Part shown: piece after piece, positions 49,501-64,000 of the stretch
How positions within the stretch are numbered: the first letter of the stretch is position 1
How the letters are laid out: each line of letters starts with the position of its first letter
NCBI GenBank assembly: GCA_032718475.1
Contig: JAUCBJ010004314.1
Span: forward strand, 38,586-102,585
DNA length: 64,000 nt
Source: Nemertoderma westbladi
Lineage: Eukaryota > Animalia > Xenacoelomorpha
Direction: 5' to 3'
Notes under the pieces: generated by a model
Told to the model about the DNA's origin: nothing
What the model saw: only the letters and a program-made list of their open reading frames with translations
Database searches by the model: none
Made by a program: the position numbers and the translations under genes

Positions 49501-52500
49501 ACACTGGGACAGCCAACGTGTTGAACAACCATTCCATTCACCCAGTGGGGTTTAGGGTACACTGGGACAGCCAACGTGTTGAACAACCATTCCATTCACC
49601 GAGGGGGGTTTAGGGTACACTGGTACAGCCAACGTGTTGAACAACCATTCCATTCACCCAGGGGGTTTAGGGTACTGTACACCGGTACAGCCAACGTGTT
49701 GAACAACCATTCCATTCACCCAGGGGGTTTAGGGTACTGTACACTGGTACCGCCAACGTGTTGAACAACCATTCCATTCACCCGGGGGGTTTAGGGTACT
49801 TTACACTGGTACAGCCAACGTGTTGAACAACCATTCCATTCACCCGGGGAGTTTAGGGTACACTGACAGTACAGCCAACGTGTTGAACAACCATTCCATT
49901 CACTCAGGGGGTTTAGGGTACACTGGTACAGCCAACGTGTTGAACAACCATTCCATTCACGCAGGGGGTATAGGGTACACTGGTACAGCCAACGTGTTGA
50001 ACAACCATTCCATTCACTCAGGGGGTTTAGGGTACACTGGTACAGCCAACGTGTTGAACAACCATTCCATTCACCCAGGGGGTTTAGGGTACACTGGTAC
50101 AGCCATCGTGTTGAACAACCATTCCATTCACCCAGGGGGTTTAGGGTACACTGGTACAGCCAACGTGTTGAACAACCATTCCATTCACCCAGGGGGTTTA
50201 GGGTACACTGGTACAGCCAACGTGTTGAACAACCATTCCATTCACCCAGGGGGTTTAGGGTACTGTACACTGGTACAGCCAACGTGTTGAACAACCATTC
50301 CATTCACCCAGGGGGTTTAGGGTACACTGGTACAGCCAACGTGTTCACCCAGGGGGTTTAGGGTACACTGGGACAGCCAACGTGTTGAGCAACCATTGCA
50401 TTCACCCAGGGAGGTTTAGGGTACACTGGGACAGCCAACGTTTTGAACAACCATTCCATTCACCCGGGGGGTTTAGGGTACTGTACACTGGTACAGCCAA
50501 CGTGTTGAACAACCATTCCATTCACCCAGGGGGTTTAGGGTACACTGGGACAGCCAACGTGTTGAACAACCATTCCATTCACCCAGTGGGGTTTAGGGTA
50601 CACTGGGACAGCCAACGTGTTGAACAACCATTCCATTCACCGAGGGGGGTTTAGGGTACACTGGTACAGCCAACGTGTTGAACAACCATTCCATTCACCC
50701 GGGGAGTTTAGGGTACTGTACACTGGTACAGCCAACGTGTTGAACAACCATTCCATTCACCCAGGGGGTTTAGGGTACTGTACACTGGTACAGCCAACGT
50801 GTTGAACAACCATTCCATTCACCCAGGGGGTTTAGGGTACACTGGTACAGCCAACGTGTTGAACAACCATTCCATTCACCCAGGGGGTTTAGGGTACTGT
50901 ACACTGGTACATCCAACGTGTTGAACAACCATTCCATTCACCCAGGGGGTTTAGGGTACACTGGTACAGCCAACGTGTTGAACAACCATTCCATTCACCC
51001 AGGGGGTTTAGGGTACTGTACACTGGTACAGCCAACGTGTTGAACAACCATTCCATTCACCCAGGGGGTTTAGGGTACTGTACACTGGTACAGCCAACGT
51101 GTTGAACAACCATTCCATTCACGCGGGGGGTTTAGGGTACTGTACACTGGTACAGCCAACGTGTTGATCAACCATTCCATTCACCCAGGGGGTTTAGGGA
51201 ACACTGGTACAGCCAACGTGTTGAACAACCATTCCATTCACCCAGGGGGTTTAGGGTACACTGGTACAGCCTACGTGTTGAACAACCATTCCATTCACCC
51301 AGGGGGTTTAGGGTACTGTACACCGGTACAGCCAACGTGTTGAACAACCATTCCATTCACCCGGGGGGTTTAGGGTACTTTACACTGGTACAGCCAACGT
51401 GTTGAACAACCATTCCATTCACCCAGGGGGTTTAGGGTACACTGGGACAGCCAACGTGTTGAACAACCATTCCATTCACCCAGGGGGTTTAGGGTACTGT
51501 ACACTGGTAGAGCCAACGTGTTAAACAACCATTCCATTCACCCGGGGAGTTTAGGGTACACAGACAGTACAGCCAACGTGTTGAACAACCATTCCATTCA
51601 CCCGGGGAGTTTAGGGTACACTGACGGTACAGCCAACGTGTTGAACAACCATTCCATTCACCCGGGGAGTTTAGGGTACACTGACAGTACAGCCAACGTG
51701 TTGAACAACCATTCCATTCACCCAGGGGGGTTTAGGGTACACTGACGGTACAGCCAACGTGTTGAACAACCATTCCATTCACCCAGGGGGTTTAGGGTAC
51801 ACTACTGGTACAACCAACGTGTTGAACAAACATTCCATTCACCCAGGGGGTTTAGGGTACTGTACACTGGTACAGCCAACGTGTTGAACAACCATTCCAT
51901 TCACCCAGGGGGGTTTAGGGTACACTGACGGTACAGCCAACGTGTTGAACAACCATTCCATTCACCCAGGGGGTTTAGGGTACACTACTGGTACAGCCAA
52001 CGTGTTGAACAACCATTCCATTCACCCAGGGGGTTTAGGGTACTGTACACTGGTACAGCCAACGTGTTGAACAACCATTCCATTCACCCAGGGGGTTTAG
52101 GGTACACTGGGACAGCCAACGTGTTGAACAACCATTCCATTCACCCAGGGGGGTTTAGGGTACACTGGTACAGCCAACGTGTTGAACAACCATTCCATTC
52201 ACCCAGGGGGTTTAGGGTACTGCACTGGTACAGCCAACGTGTTGAACAACCATTCCATTCACCCAGGGGGTTTAGGGTACTGTACACTGGTACAGCCAAC
52301 GTGTTGAACAACCATTCCATTCACCCAGGGGGTTTAGGGTACACTGGTACAGCCAACGTGTTGAACAACCATTCCATTCACCCAGGGGGTTTAGGGTACT
52401 GTACACTGGTACAGCCAACGTGTTGAACAACCATTCCATTCACCCAGGGGGTTTAGGGCGTACACTGGTACAGCCAACGTGTTGAACAACCATTCCATTC

Positions 52501-55500
52501 ACGCGGGGGGTTTAGGGTACTGTACACTGGTACAGCCAACGTGTTGAACAACCATTCCATTCACCCAGGGGGTTTAGGGTAACACTGGTACAGCCAACGT
52601 GTTGAACAACCATTCCATTCACCCAGGGGGTTTAGGGTACACTGGTACAGCCTACGTGTTGAACAACCATTCCATTCACCCAGGGGGTTTAGGGTACTGT
52701 ACACTGGTACAGCCAACGTGTTGAACAACCATTCCATTCACCCAGGGGGTTTAGTGTACTGTACACTGGTACAGCCAACGTGTTGAACAACCATTCCATT
52801 CACCCAGGGGGTTTAGGGTACACTGGTACAGCCAACGTGTTCACCCAGGGGGTTTAGGGTACACTGGGACAGCCAACGTGTTGAGCAACCATTGCATTCA
52901 CCCAGGGAGGTTTAGGGTACACTGGGACAGCCAACGTTTTGAACAACCATTCCATTCACCCGGGGGGTTTAGGGTACTGTACACTGGTACAGCCAACGTG
53001 TTGAACAACCATTCCATTCACCCAGGGGGTTTAGGGTACACTGGGACAGCCAACGTGTTGAACAACCATTCCATTCACCCAGTGGGGTTTAGGGTACACT
53101 GGGACAGCCAACGTGTTGAACAACCATTCCATTCACCGAGGGGGGTTTAGGGTACACTGGTACAGCCAACGTGTTGAACAACCATTCCATTCACCCGGGG
53201 AGTTTAGGGTACTGTACACAGGTACAGCCAACGTGTTGAACAACCATTCCATTCACCCAGGGGGTTTAGGGTACTGTACACTGGTACAGCCAACGTGTTG
53301 AACAACCATTCCATTCACCCAGGGGGTTTAGGGTACACTGGTACAGCCAACGTGTTGAACAACCATTCCATTCACCCAGGGGGTTTAGGGTACTGTACAC
53401 TGGTACATCCAACGTGTTGAACAACCATTCCATTCACCCAGGGGGTTTAGGGTACACTGGTACAGCCAACGTGTTGAACAACCATTCCATTCACCCAGGG
53501 GGTTTAGGGTACTGTACACTGGTACAGCCAACGTGTTGAACAACCATTCCATTCACCCAGGGGGTTTAGGGTACTGTACACTGGTACAGCCAACGTGTTG
53601 AACAACCATTCCATTCACGCGGGGGGTTTAGGGTACTGTACACTGGTACAGCCAAGGTGTTGATCAACCATTCCATTCACCCAGGGGGTTTAGGGAACAC
53701 TGGTACAGCCAACGTGTTGAACAACCATTCCATTCACCCAGGGGGTTTAGGGTACACTGGTACAGCCTACGTGTTGAACAACCATTCCATTCACCCAGGG
53801 GGTTTAGGGTACTGTACACCGGTACAGCCAACGTGTTGAACAACCATTCCATTCACCCGGGGGGTTTAGGGTACTTTACACTGGTACAGCCTACGTGTTG
53901 AACAACCATTCCATTCACCCAGGGGGTTTAGGGTACACTGGGACAGCCAACGTGTTGAACAACCATTCCATTCACCCAGGGGGTTTAGGGTACTGTACAC
54001 TGGTAGAGCCAACGTGTTAAACAACCATTCCATTCACCCGGGGAGTTTAGGGTACACAGACAGTACAGCCAACGTGTTGAACAACCATTCCATTCTCCCG
54101 GGGAGTTTAGGGTACACTGACGGTACAGCCAACGTGTTGAACAACCATTCCATTCACCCGGGGAGTTTAGGGTACACTGACAGTACAGCCAACGTGTTGA
54201 ACAACCATTCCATTCACCCAGGGGGGTTTAGGGTACACTGACGGTACAGCCAACGTGTTGAACAACCATTCCATTCACCCAGGGGGTTTAGGGTACACTA
54301 CTGGTACAACCAACGTGTTGAACAAACATTCCATTCACCCAGGGGGTTTAGGGTACTGTACACTGGTACAACCAACGTGTTGAACAACCATTCCATTCAC
54401 CCAGGGGGTTTAGGGTACACTGGGACAGCCAACGTTTTGAACAACCATTCCATTCACCCAGTGGGGTTTAGGGTACACTGGTACAGCCAACGTGTTGAAC
54501 AACCATTCCATTCACCCAGGGGGTTTAGGGTACTGTACACTGGTACATCCAACGTTTTGAACAACCATTCCATTCACCCAGGGGGTTTAGGGTACTGTAC
54601 ACTGGTACATCCAACGTGTTGAACAACCATTCCATTCACCCAGGGGGTTTAGGGTACACTGGTACAGCCAACGTGTTGAACAACCATTCCATTCACCCAG
54701 GGGGTTTAGGGTACTGTACACTGGTACAGCCAACGTGTTGAACAACCATTCCATTCACCCAGGGGGTTTAGGGTACTGTACACTGGTACAGCCAACGTGT
54801 TGAACAACCATTCCATTCACGCGGGGGGTTTAGGGTACTGTACACTGGTACAGCCAACGTGTTGATCAACCATTCCATTCACCCAAAGGGTTTAGGGAAC
54901 ACTGGTACAGCCAACGTGTTGAACAACCATTCCATTCACCCAGGGGGTTTAGGGTACACTGGTACAGCCTACGTGTTGAACAACCATTCCATTCACCCAG
55001 GGGGTTTAGGGTACTGTACACTGGTACAGCCAACGTGTTGAACAACCATTCCATTCACCCAGGGGGTTTAGGGTACTGTACACTGGTACAGCCAACGTGT
55101 TGAACAACCATTCCATTCACCCAGGGGGTTTAGGGTACACTGGTACAGCCAACGTGTTGAACAACCATTCCATTCACCCAGGGGGTTTAGGGTACTGTAC
55201 ACTGGTACATCCAACGTGTTGAACAACCATTCCATTCACCCAGGGGGTTTAGGGTACACTGGTACAGCCAACGTGTTGAACAACCATTCCATTCACCCAG
55301 GGGGTTTAGGGTACTGTACACTGGTACAGCCAACGTGTTGAACAACCATTCCATTCACCCAGGGGGTTTAGGGTACTGTACACTGGTACAGCCAACGTGT
55401 TGAACAACCATTCCATTCACGCGGGGGGTTTAGGGTACTGTACACTGGTACGGCCAACGTGTTGATCAACCATTCCATTCACCCAGGGGGTTTAGGGAAC

Positions 55501-58500
55501 ACTGGTACAGCCAACGTGTTGAACAACCATTCCATTCACCCAGGGGGTTTAGGGAACACTGGTACAGCCTACGTGTTGAACAACCATTCCATTCACCCAG
55601 GGGGTTTAGGGTACTGTACACCGGTACAGCCAACGTGTTGAACAACCATTCCATTCACCCGGGGGGTTTAGGGTACTTTACACTGGTACAGCCAACGTGT
55701 TGAACAACCATTCCATTCACCCAGGGGGTTTAGGGTACACTGGGACAGCCAACGTGTTGAACAACCATTCCATTCACCCAGGGGGTTTAGGGTACTGTAC
55801 ACTGGTACAGCCAACGTGTTGAACAACCATTCCATTCACCCAGGGGGTTTAGGGTACTGTACACTGTTACAGCCAACGTGATGAACAACCATTCCATTCA
55901 CCCCGAGGGGTTTAGGGTACTGTACACTGGTACAGCCAAAGTGTTGAACAACCATTCCATTCACCCAGGGGGTTTAGGGTACGCTGGTACAGCCAACGTG
56001 ATGAACAACCATTCCATTCACCCAGGGGGTTTAGGGTACTGTACACTGGTACAGCCAACGTGTTGAACAACCATTCCATTCACCCAGGGGGTTTAGGGTA
56101 CACTGGTACAGCCAACGTGTTGAACAACCATTCCATTCACCCGGGGAGTTTAGGGTACTGTACACTGGTACAACCAACGTGTTGAACAACCATTCCCTTC
56201 ACCCAGGGGGTTTAGGGTACACTGGTACAGCCAACGTGTTGAACAAACATTCCATTCACCCGGTGAGTTTAGGGTACTGTACACTGGTACAACCAACGTG
56301 TTGAACAACCATTCCATTCACCCAGGGGGTTTAGGGTACTGTACACTGGTACAGCCAACGTTTTGAACAACCATTCCATTCACCCAGTGGGGTTTAGGGT
56401 ACACTGGTACAGCCAACGTGTTGAACAACCATTCCATTCACCCAGGGGGTTTAGGGTACTGTACACTGGTACAGCCAACGTTTTGAACAACCATTCCATT
56501 CACCCAGGGGGTTTAGGGTACACTGGGACAGCCAACGTGTTGAACAACCATTCCATTCACCCAGGGGGGTTTAGGGTACACTGGTACAGCCAACGTGTTG
56601 AACAACCATTCCATTCACCCAGGGGGTTTAGGGTACACTCGGTACAGCCAACGTGTTGAACAACCATTCCATTCACGCAGGGGGTTTAGGGTACACTGGT
56701 ACAGCCAACGTGTTGAACAACCATTCCATTCACTCAGGGGGTTTAGGGTACACTGGTACAGCCAACGTGTTGAACAACCATTCCATTCACGCAGGGGGTT
56801 TAGGGTACACTAGTACAGCCATCGTGTTGAACAACCATTCCATTCACCCAGGGGGTTTAGGGTACACTGGTACAGCCAACGTGTTGAACAACCATTCCAT
56901 TCACCCAGGGGGTTTAAGGTACACTGGTACAGCCAACGTGTTGAACAACCATTCTATTCACCCAGGGGGTTTAGGGTACTGTACACTGGTACAGCCAACG
57001 TGTTGAACAACCATTCCATTCACCCAGAGGGGTTTAGGGTACTGTACACTGGTACAGCCAAAGTGTTGAACAACCATTCCATTCACCCAGGGGGTTTAGG
57101 GTACGCTGGTACAGCCAACGTGATGAACAACCATTCCATTCACCCGGGGGGGTTTAGGGTACTGTACACTGGTACAGCCAACGTGTTGAACAACCATTCC
57201 ATTCACCCAGGGGGTTTAGGGTACACTGGTACAGCCAACGTGTTCACCCAGGGGGTTTAGGGTACACTAGGACAGCCAACGTGTTGAACAACCATTCCAT
57301 TCACCCGGGGGGTTTAGGGTACTGTACACTGGTACAGCCAACGTGTTGAACAACCATTCCATTCACCCAGGGGGTTTAGGGTACACTGGGACAGCCAACG
57401 TGTTGAACAACCATTCCATTCACCCAGTGGGGTTTAGGGTACACTGGGACAGCCAACGTGTTGAACAACCATTCCATTCACCGAGGGGGGTTTAGGGTAC
57501 ACTGGTACAGCCAACGTGTTGAACAACCATTACATTCACCCAGGGGGTTTAGGGTACTGTACACCGGTACAGCCAACGTGTTGAACAACCATTCCATTCA
57601 CCCAGGGGGTTTAGGGTACTGTACACCGGTACAGCCAACGTGTTGAACAACCATTCCATTCACCCAGGGGGTTTAAGGTACACTGGTACAGCCAACGTGT
57701 TGAACAACCATTCTATTCACCCAGGGGGTTTAGGGTACTGTACACTGGTACAGCCAACGTGTTGAACAACCATTCCATTCACCCAGAGGGGTTTAGGGTA
57801 CTGTACACTGGTACAGCCAAAGTGTTGAACAACCATTCCATTCACCCAGGGGGTTTAGGGTACGCTGGTACAGCCAACGTGATGAACAACCATTCCATTC
57901 ACCCGGGGGGTTTAGGGTACTGTACACTGGTACAGCCAACGTGTTGAACAACCATTCCATTCACCCAGGGGGTTTAGGGTACACTGGTACAGCCAACGTG
58001 TTCACCCAGGGGGTTTAGGGTACACTAGGACAGCCAACGTGTTGAACAACCATTCCATTCACCCGGGGGGTTTAGGGTACTGTACACTGGTACAGCCAAC
58101 GTGTTGAACAACCATTCCATTCACCCAGGGGGTTTAGGGTACACTGGGACAGCCAACGTGTTGAACAACCATTCCATTCACCCAGTGGGGTTTAGGGTAC
58201 ACTGGGACAGCCAACGTGTTGAACAACCATTCCATTCACCGAGGGGGGTTTAGGGTACACTGGTACAGCCAACGTGTTGAACAACCATTACATTCACCCA
58301 GGGGGTTTAGGGTACTGTACACCGGTACAGCCAACGTGTTGAACAACCATTCCATTCACCCAGGGGGTTTAGGGTACTGTACACTGGTACCGCCAACGTG
58401 TTGAACAACCATTCCATTCACCCGGGGGGTTTAGGGTACTTTACACTGGTACAGCCAACGTGTTGAACAACCATTCCATTCACCCGGGGAGTTTAGGGTA

Positions 58501-61500
58501 CACTGACAGTACAGCCAACGTGTTGAACAACCATTCCATTCACTCAGGGGGTTTAGGGTACACTGGTACAGCCAACGTGTTGAACAACTATTCCATTCAC
58601 GCAGGGGGTATAGGGTACACTGGTACAGCCAACGTGTTGAACAACCATTCCATTCACTCAGGGGGTTTAGGGTACACTGGTACAGCCAACGTGTTGAACA
58701 ACCATTCCATTCACCCAGGGGGTTTAGGGTACACTGGTACAGCCATCGTGTTGAACAACCATTCCATTCACCCAGGGGGTTTAGGGTACACTGGTACAGC
58801 CAACGTGTTGAACAACCATTCCATTCACCCAGGGGGTTTAGGGTACACTGGTACAGCCAACGTGTTGAACAACCATTCCATTCACCCAGGGGGTTTAGTG
58901 TACTGTAAACTGGTACAGCCAACGTGTTGAACAACCATTCCATTCACCCAGAGGGGTTTAGGGTACTGTACACTGGTACAGCCAAATTGTTGAACAACCA
59001 TTCCATTCACCCAGGGGGTTTAGGGTACGCTGGTACAGCCAACGTGATGAACAACCATTCCATTCACCCAGGGGGTTTAGGGTACTGTACACTGGTACAG
59101 CCAACGTGTTGAACAACCATTCCATTCACCCAGGGGGTTTAGGGTACACTGGTACAGCCAACGTGTTCACCCAGGGGGTTTAGGGTACACTGGGACAGCC
59201 AACGTGTTGAGCAACCATTGCATTCACCCAGGGAGGTTTAGGGTACACTGGGACAGCCAACGTTTTGAACAACCATTCCATTCACCCGGGGGGTTTAGGG
59301 TACTGTACACTGGTACAGCCAACGTGTTGAACAACCATTCCATTCACCCAGGGGGTTTAGGGTACACTGGGACAGCCAACGTGTTGAACAACCATTCCAT
59401 TCACCCAGTGGGGTTTAGGGTACACTGGGACAGCCAACGTGTTGAACAACCATTCCATTCACCGAGGGGGGTTTAGGGTACACTGGTACAGCCAACGTGT
59501 TGAACAACCATTCCATTCACCCGGGGAGTTTAGGGTACTGTACACTGGTACAGCCAACGTGTTGAACAACCATTCCATTCACCCAGGGGGTTTAGGGTAC
59601 TGTACACTGGTACAGCCAACGTGTTGAACAACCATTCCATTCACCCAGGGGGTTTAGGGTACACTGGTACAGCCAACGTGTTGAACAACCATTCCATTCA
59701 CCCAGGGGGTTTAGGGTACTGTACACTGGTACATCCAACGTGTTGAACAACCATTCCATTCACCCAGGGGGTTTAGGGTACACTGGTACAGCCAACGTGT
59801 TGAACAACCATTCCATTCACCCAGGGGGTTTAGGGTACTGTACACTGGTACAGCCAACGTGTTGAACAACCATTCCATTCACCCAGGGGGTTTAGGGTAC
59901 TGTACACTGGTACAGCCAACGTGTTGAACAACCATTCCATTCACGCGGGGGGTTTAGGGTACTGTACACTGGTACAGCCAACGTGTTGATCAACCATTCC
60001 ATTCACCCAGGGGGTTTAGGGAACACTGGTACAGCCAACGTGTTGAACAACCATTCCATTCACCCAGGGGGTTTAGGGTACACTGGTACAGCCTACGTGT
60101 TGAACAACCATTCCATTCACCCAGGGGGTTTAGGGTACTGTACACCGGTACAGCCAACGTGTTGAACAACCATTCCATTCACCCGGGGGGTTTAGGGTAC
60201 TTTACACTGGTACAGCCAACGTGTTGAACAACCATTCCATTCACCCAGGGGGTTTAGGGTACACTGGGACAGCCAACGTGTTGAACAACCATTCCATTCA
60301 CCCAGGGGGTTTAGGGTACTGTACACTGGTAGAGCCAACGTGTTAAACAACCATTCCATTCACCCGGGGAGTTTAGGGTACACAGACAGTACAGCCAACG
60401 TGTTGAACAACCATTCCATTCACCCGGGGAGTTTAGGGTACACTGACGGTACAGCCAACGTGTTGAACAACCATTCCATTCACCCGGGGAGTTTAGGGTG
60501 CACTGACAGTACAGCCAACGTGTTGAACAACCATTCCATTCACCCAGGGGGGTTTAGGGTACACTGACGGTACAGCCAACGTGTTGAACAACCATTCCAT
60601 TCACCCAGGGGGTTTAGGGTACACTACTGGTACAACCAACGTGTTGAACAAACATTCCATTCACCCAGGGGGTTTAGGGTACTGTACACTGGTACAGCCA
60701 ACGTGTTGAACAACCATTCCATTAACCCAGGGGGGTTTAGGGTACACTGACGGTACAACCAACGTGTTGAACAACCATTCCATTCACCCAGGCGGTTTAG
60801 GGTACTGTACACTGGGACAGCCAACGTGTTGAACAACCATTCCATTCACCCAGGGGGTTTTAGGGTACACTGGTGCAGCCAACGTGTTGAACAACCATTC
60901 CATTCACCCAGGGGGGTTTAGGGTACACTGGTGCAGCCAACGTGTTGAACAACCATTCCATTCACCCAGGGGGGTTTAGGGTACACTGGTGCAGCCAACG
61001 TGTTGAATAACCATTGCATTCACCCAGGGGGTTTAGGGTACACTGACGGTGCCGCCAACGTGTTGAACAACCATTCCATTCACCCAGGGGGGTTTAGGGT
61101 ACACTGACGGTGCCGCCAACGTGTTAAACAACCATTCCATTCACCCAGGGGGTTTAGGGTACTGTACACTGGTACAGCCAACGTGTTGAACAACCATTTC
61201 ATTCACCCAGGGGGTTTAGGGTACACTGACAGTACAGCCAACGTGTTGAACAACCATTCCGGGGTTTAGGGTACACTGACGGTGCCGCCAACGTGTTGAA
61301 CAACCATTCCGGGGTTTAGGGTACACTGACGCTGCCGCCAACGTGTTGAACAACCATTCCATTCACCCAGGGGGGTTTAGGGTACACTGGTACAGCCAAC
61401 GTGTTGAACAACCATTCCATTCACCCAGGGGGTTTAGGGTACACTGGTACAGCCAACGTGTTGAACAACCATTCCATTCACCCAGGGGGGTTTAGGGTAC

Positions 61501-62990
61501 TGTACACTGGTACAGCCAACGTGTTGAACAACCATTCCATTCACCCAGGGGGGTTTAGGGTACTGTACACTGGTACAGCCAACGTGTTGAACAACCATTC
61601 CATTCACCCAGGGGGGTTTAGGGTACACTGGTACAGCCAACGTGTTGAACAAACATTCCATTCACCCAGGGGGGTTTAGGGTACTGTACACTGGTACAGC
61701 CAACGTGTTGAACAACCATTCCATTCACCCAGGGGGTTTATGGTACACTGGTACAGCCAACGTGTTGAACAAACATTCCATTCACCCAGGGCGGTTTAGG
61801 GTACTGTACACTGGTACAGCCAACGTGTTGAACAACCTTTCCATTCACCCAGGGGGTTTAGGGTACACTGGGACAGCCAACGTGTTGAACAACCATTCCA
61901 CTCACCGAGGGGGTTTAGGGTACACTGGGACAGCCAACGTGTTGAACAACCATTCCATTCACCCAGGGGGGTATAGGGTACACTGGTACAGCCAACGTGT
62001 TGAACAACCATTCCATTCACCCAGGGGGGTTTAGGGTACACTGGTACAGCCAACGTGTTGAACAACCATTCCATTCACCCAGGGGGTTTAGGGTACACTG
62101 GTACAGCCAACGTGTTGAACAACCATTCCATTCACCCAGGGGGTTTAGGGTACACTGGTACAGCCAACGTGTTGAACAACCATTCCATTCACCCAGGGGG
62201 TTTAGGGTACACTGGTACAGCCAACGTGTTGAACAACCATTCCATTCACCCAGGGGGTTTAGGGTACACTGGTACAGCCAACGTGTTGAACAAACATTCC
62301 ATTCACCCAGGGGGGTTTAGGGTACTGTACACTGGTACAGCAAACGTGTTGAACAACCATTCCATTCACCCAGGGGGTTTATGGTACACTGGTACAGCCA
62401 ACGTGTTGAACAAACATTCCATTCACCCAGGGCGGTTTAGGGTACTGTACACTGGTACAGCCAACGTGTTGAACAACCTTTCCATTCACCCAGGGGGTTT
62501 AGGGTACACTGGGACAGCCAACGTGTTGAACAACCATTCCACTCACCGACGGGGTTTAGGGTACACTGGGACAGCCAACGTGTTGAACAACCATTCCATT
62601 CACCCAGGGGGGTATAGGGTACACTGGTACAGCCAACGTGTTGAACAACCATTCCATTCACCCAGGGGGGTTTAGGGTACACTGGTACAGCCAACGTGTT
62701 GAACAACCATTCCATTCACCCAGGGGGTTTAGGGTACACTGGTACAGCCAACGTGTTGAACAACCATTCCATTCACCCAGGGGGTTTAGGGTACACTGGT
62801 ACAGCCAACGTGTTGAACAACCATTCCATTCACCCAGGGGGTTTAGGGTACACTGGTACAGCCAACGTGTTGAACAACCATTCCATTCACCCAGGGGGTT
62901 TAGGGTACACTGGTACAGCCAACGTGTTGAACAACCATTCCATTCACCCAGGGGGGTTTAGGGTACACTGACGGTACAGCCAACGTGTTG
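37575..62990. repeat. ~25.4 kb satellite, 57-bp unit with 62-, 60- and 37-bp variants, ~430 copies, complex higher-order structure
   Basis: Unit CAGCCAACGTGTTGAACAACCATTCCATTCACCCAGGGGGTTTAGGGTAC(TGTAC)ACTGGTA. Confidence 0.98.
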
Positions 62991-64000
62991 ATTATTATGT
63001 TATTATCCTATACGATGAAGAAGAATAGCTTGTGAATTATCGAAGGACATGCTCGCTACATAGTGCGCAATAGTACGTAGCACAAACTTCGCAATCAATT
63101 TAGATAAGCCTAAACTGTGGGGTAAGTAATTCAACCAACTACCTGAGGCCAGCGATGGCATAACAAAACGAAGCCAAAGATATTTAAATTTCATTTTCAG
63201 TTTTTACCAATCAGATAAAATATCTGTTTCGTTTCTTATCAATCTAGGAAATTTTCGTTTCTCTTCATTAATTTTTCCTTTCGTTTCGTTCGTTAATTTT
63301 GATTTTATCAAATAAATTTAAATTTTGTATCCGATGCTTTTATAAAAATGCAATGTAAACCTTTCTAGACACTATCAAACTACCTATTTAAAAAGTATAC
63401 GATTTTGCTAGAATTATAACGCGGTATGATTTGAAATGAAACTTACTCAATTTTAGATAACTGCCTGTGGCGCTCTGGCTAGAGGGAACTAAGAATACGT
63501 CAAGGCTTACTAAATAACTATGTTTTACTAAGTACCCACTGGTTACTAGAGGTACCGGTACCATCACAAGTCAACCAGTTATAGCCCTGAGGTAGGTAGA
63601 AATCTTCCACGGAAGTCGTTTTCGTTTTCTTAGTGGGCCACTCGTATTAAAATTCGTAATAACTTTCCAGCTGCTTGTTTGTCTAACACGTTGAACTAAG
63701 CCGCCGTGACTCTTAAAAAGGCGTTTTTTTCATATTTATGAGATAGAAGTAAAAACTGTTGAGAAATTGGAGCCCAACATCATCTGTTCAATAGGTTGAT
63801 GGGAGATGGCGCTAAATTCGTTGCCCGGTGTTGGATTGTACAATATATTTCCAATAAATCACCCCCAGTACGATATTATTAATTACAGCCTTTAATTGCG
63901 CCACGAGAAACTTAAACAATCACCTCCTGTGATATTTATTTATTATTTCTATACAAAATGCAATACTATTTAAATAAACTAAATACAACTAAATTGTCGC

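Noticed and set aside
37575-62990. Many ORFs with repeated NVLNNHSIHPGGLGYTGTA / FRVHWYSQRVEQPFHSPRG peptides
   Set aside because: The 57-bp unit is a multiple of 3, so runs stay open by chance; frequent 62-, 58- and 37-bp variants break the frame, with no sign of frame conservation.
37575-62990. CRISPR array or true telomere
   Set aside because: No unique spacers, no cas genes and a eukaryotic context; TTAGGG is never tandem and unique DNA follows the array.
62991-64000. Unique tail region with a 63-aa minus ORF and an AGATGGCGCT motif (~63804)
   Set aside because: No recognisable protein motif or exon structure; a single short motif is not enough for a regulatory call.

Overview
This is AT-rich eukaryotic DNA, most likely from a marine invertebrate (inferred from GT-AG introns, RTE/L2/Penelope/piggyBac elements, a tRNA-SINE and an ependymin-related gene). 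Two host genes are visible: an intronless classical SDR (FabG-like) oxidoreductase at 9092-9877 (+), and a 5-exon secreted ependymin-related protein (EPDR) gene at about 17043-36296 (+). Region 1389-8665 is a nest of five mobile elements. A degraded + strand RTE LINE carries two antisense RTE insertions (one split by a Foldback-like element) and a Penelope-like remnant with a minimal hammerhead ribozyme; each insertion has a readable target-site duplication (TSD). About 70% of the window is tandem repeat: 41-bp, ~28-30-bp, 25-bp, 46/47-bp and 13-bp arrays, plus a ~25 kb 57/62-bp satellite carrying GGGTTTAGGG. The most unusual feature is the 46/47-bp array in EPDR intron 4. Its unit is a copy of the final intron/exon junction, giving ~50 tandem splice acceptors that would encode different C-termini. 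Most ORFs in the supplied track are artefacts of the repeats. Boundaries and copy numbers were read by eye and are approximate; no database searches were run.
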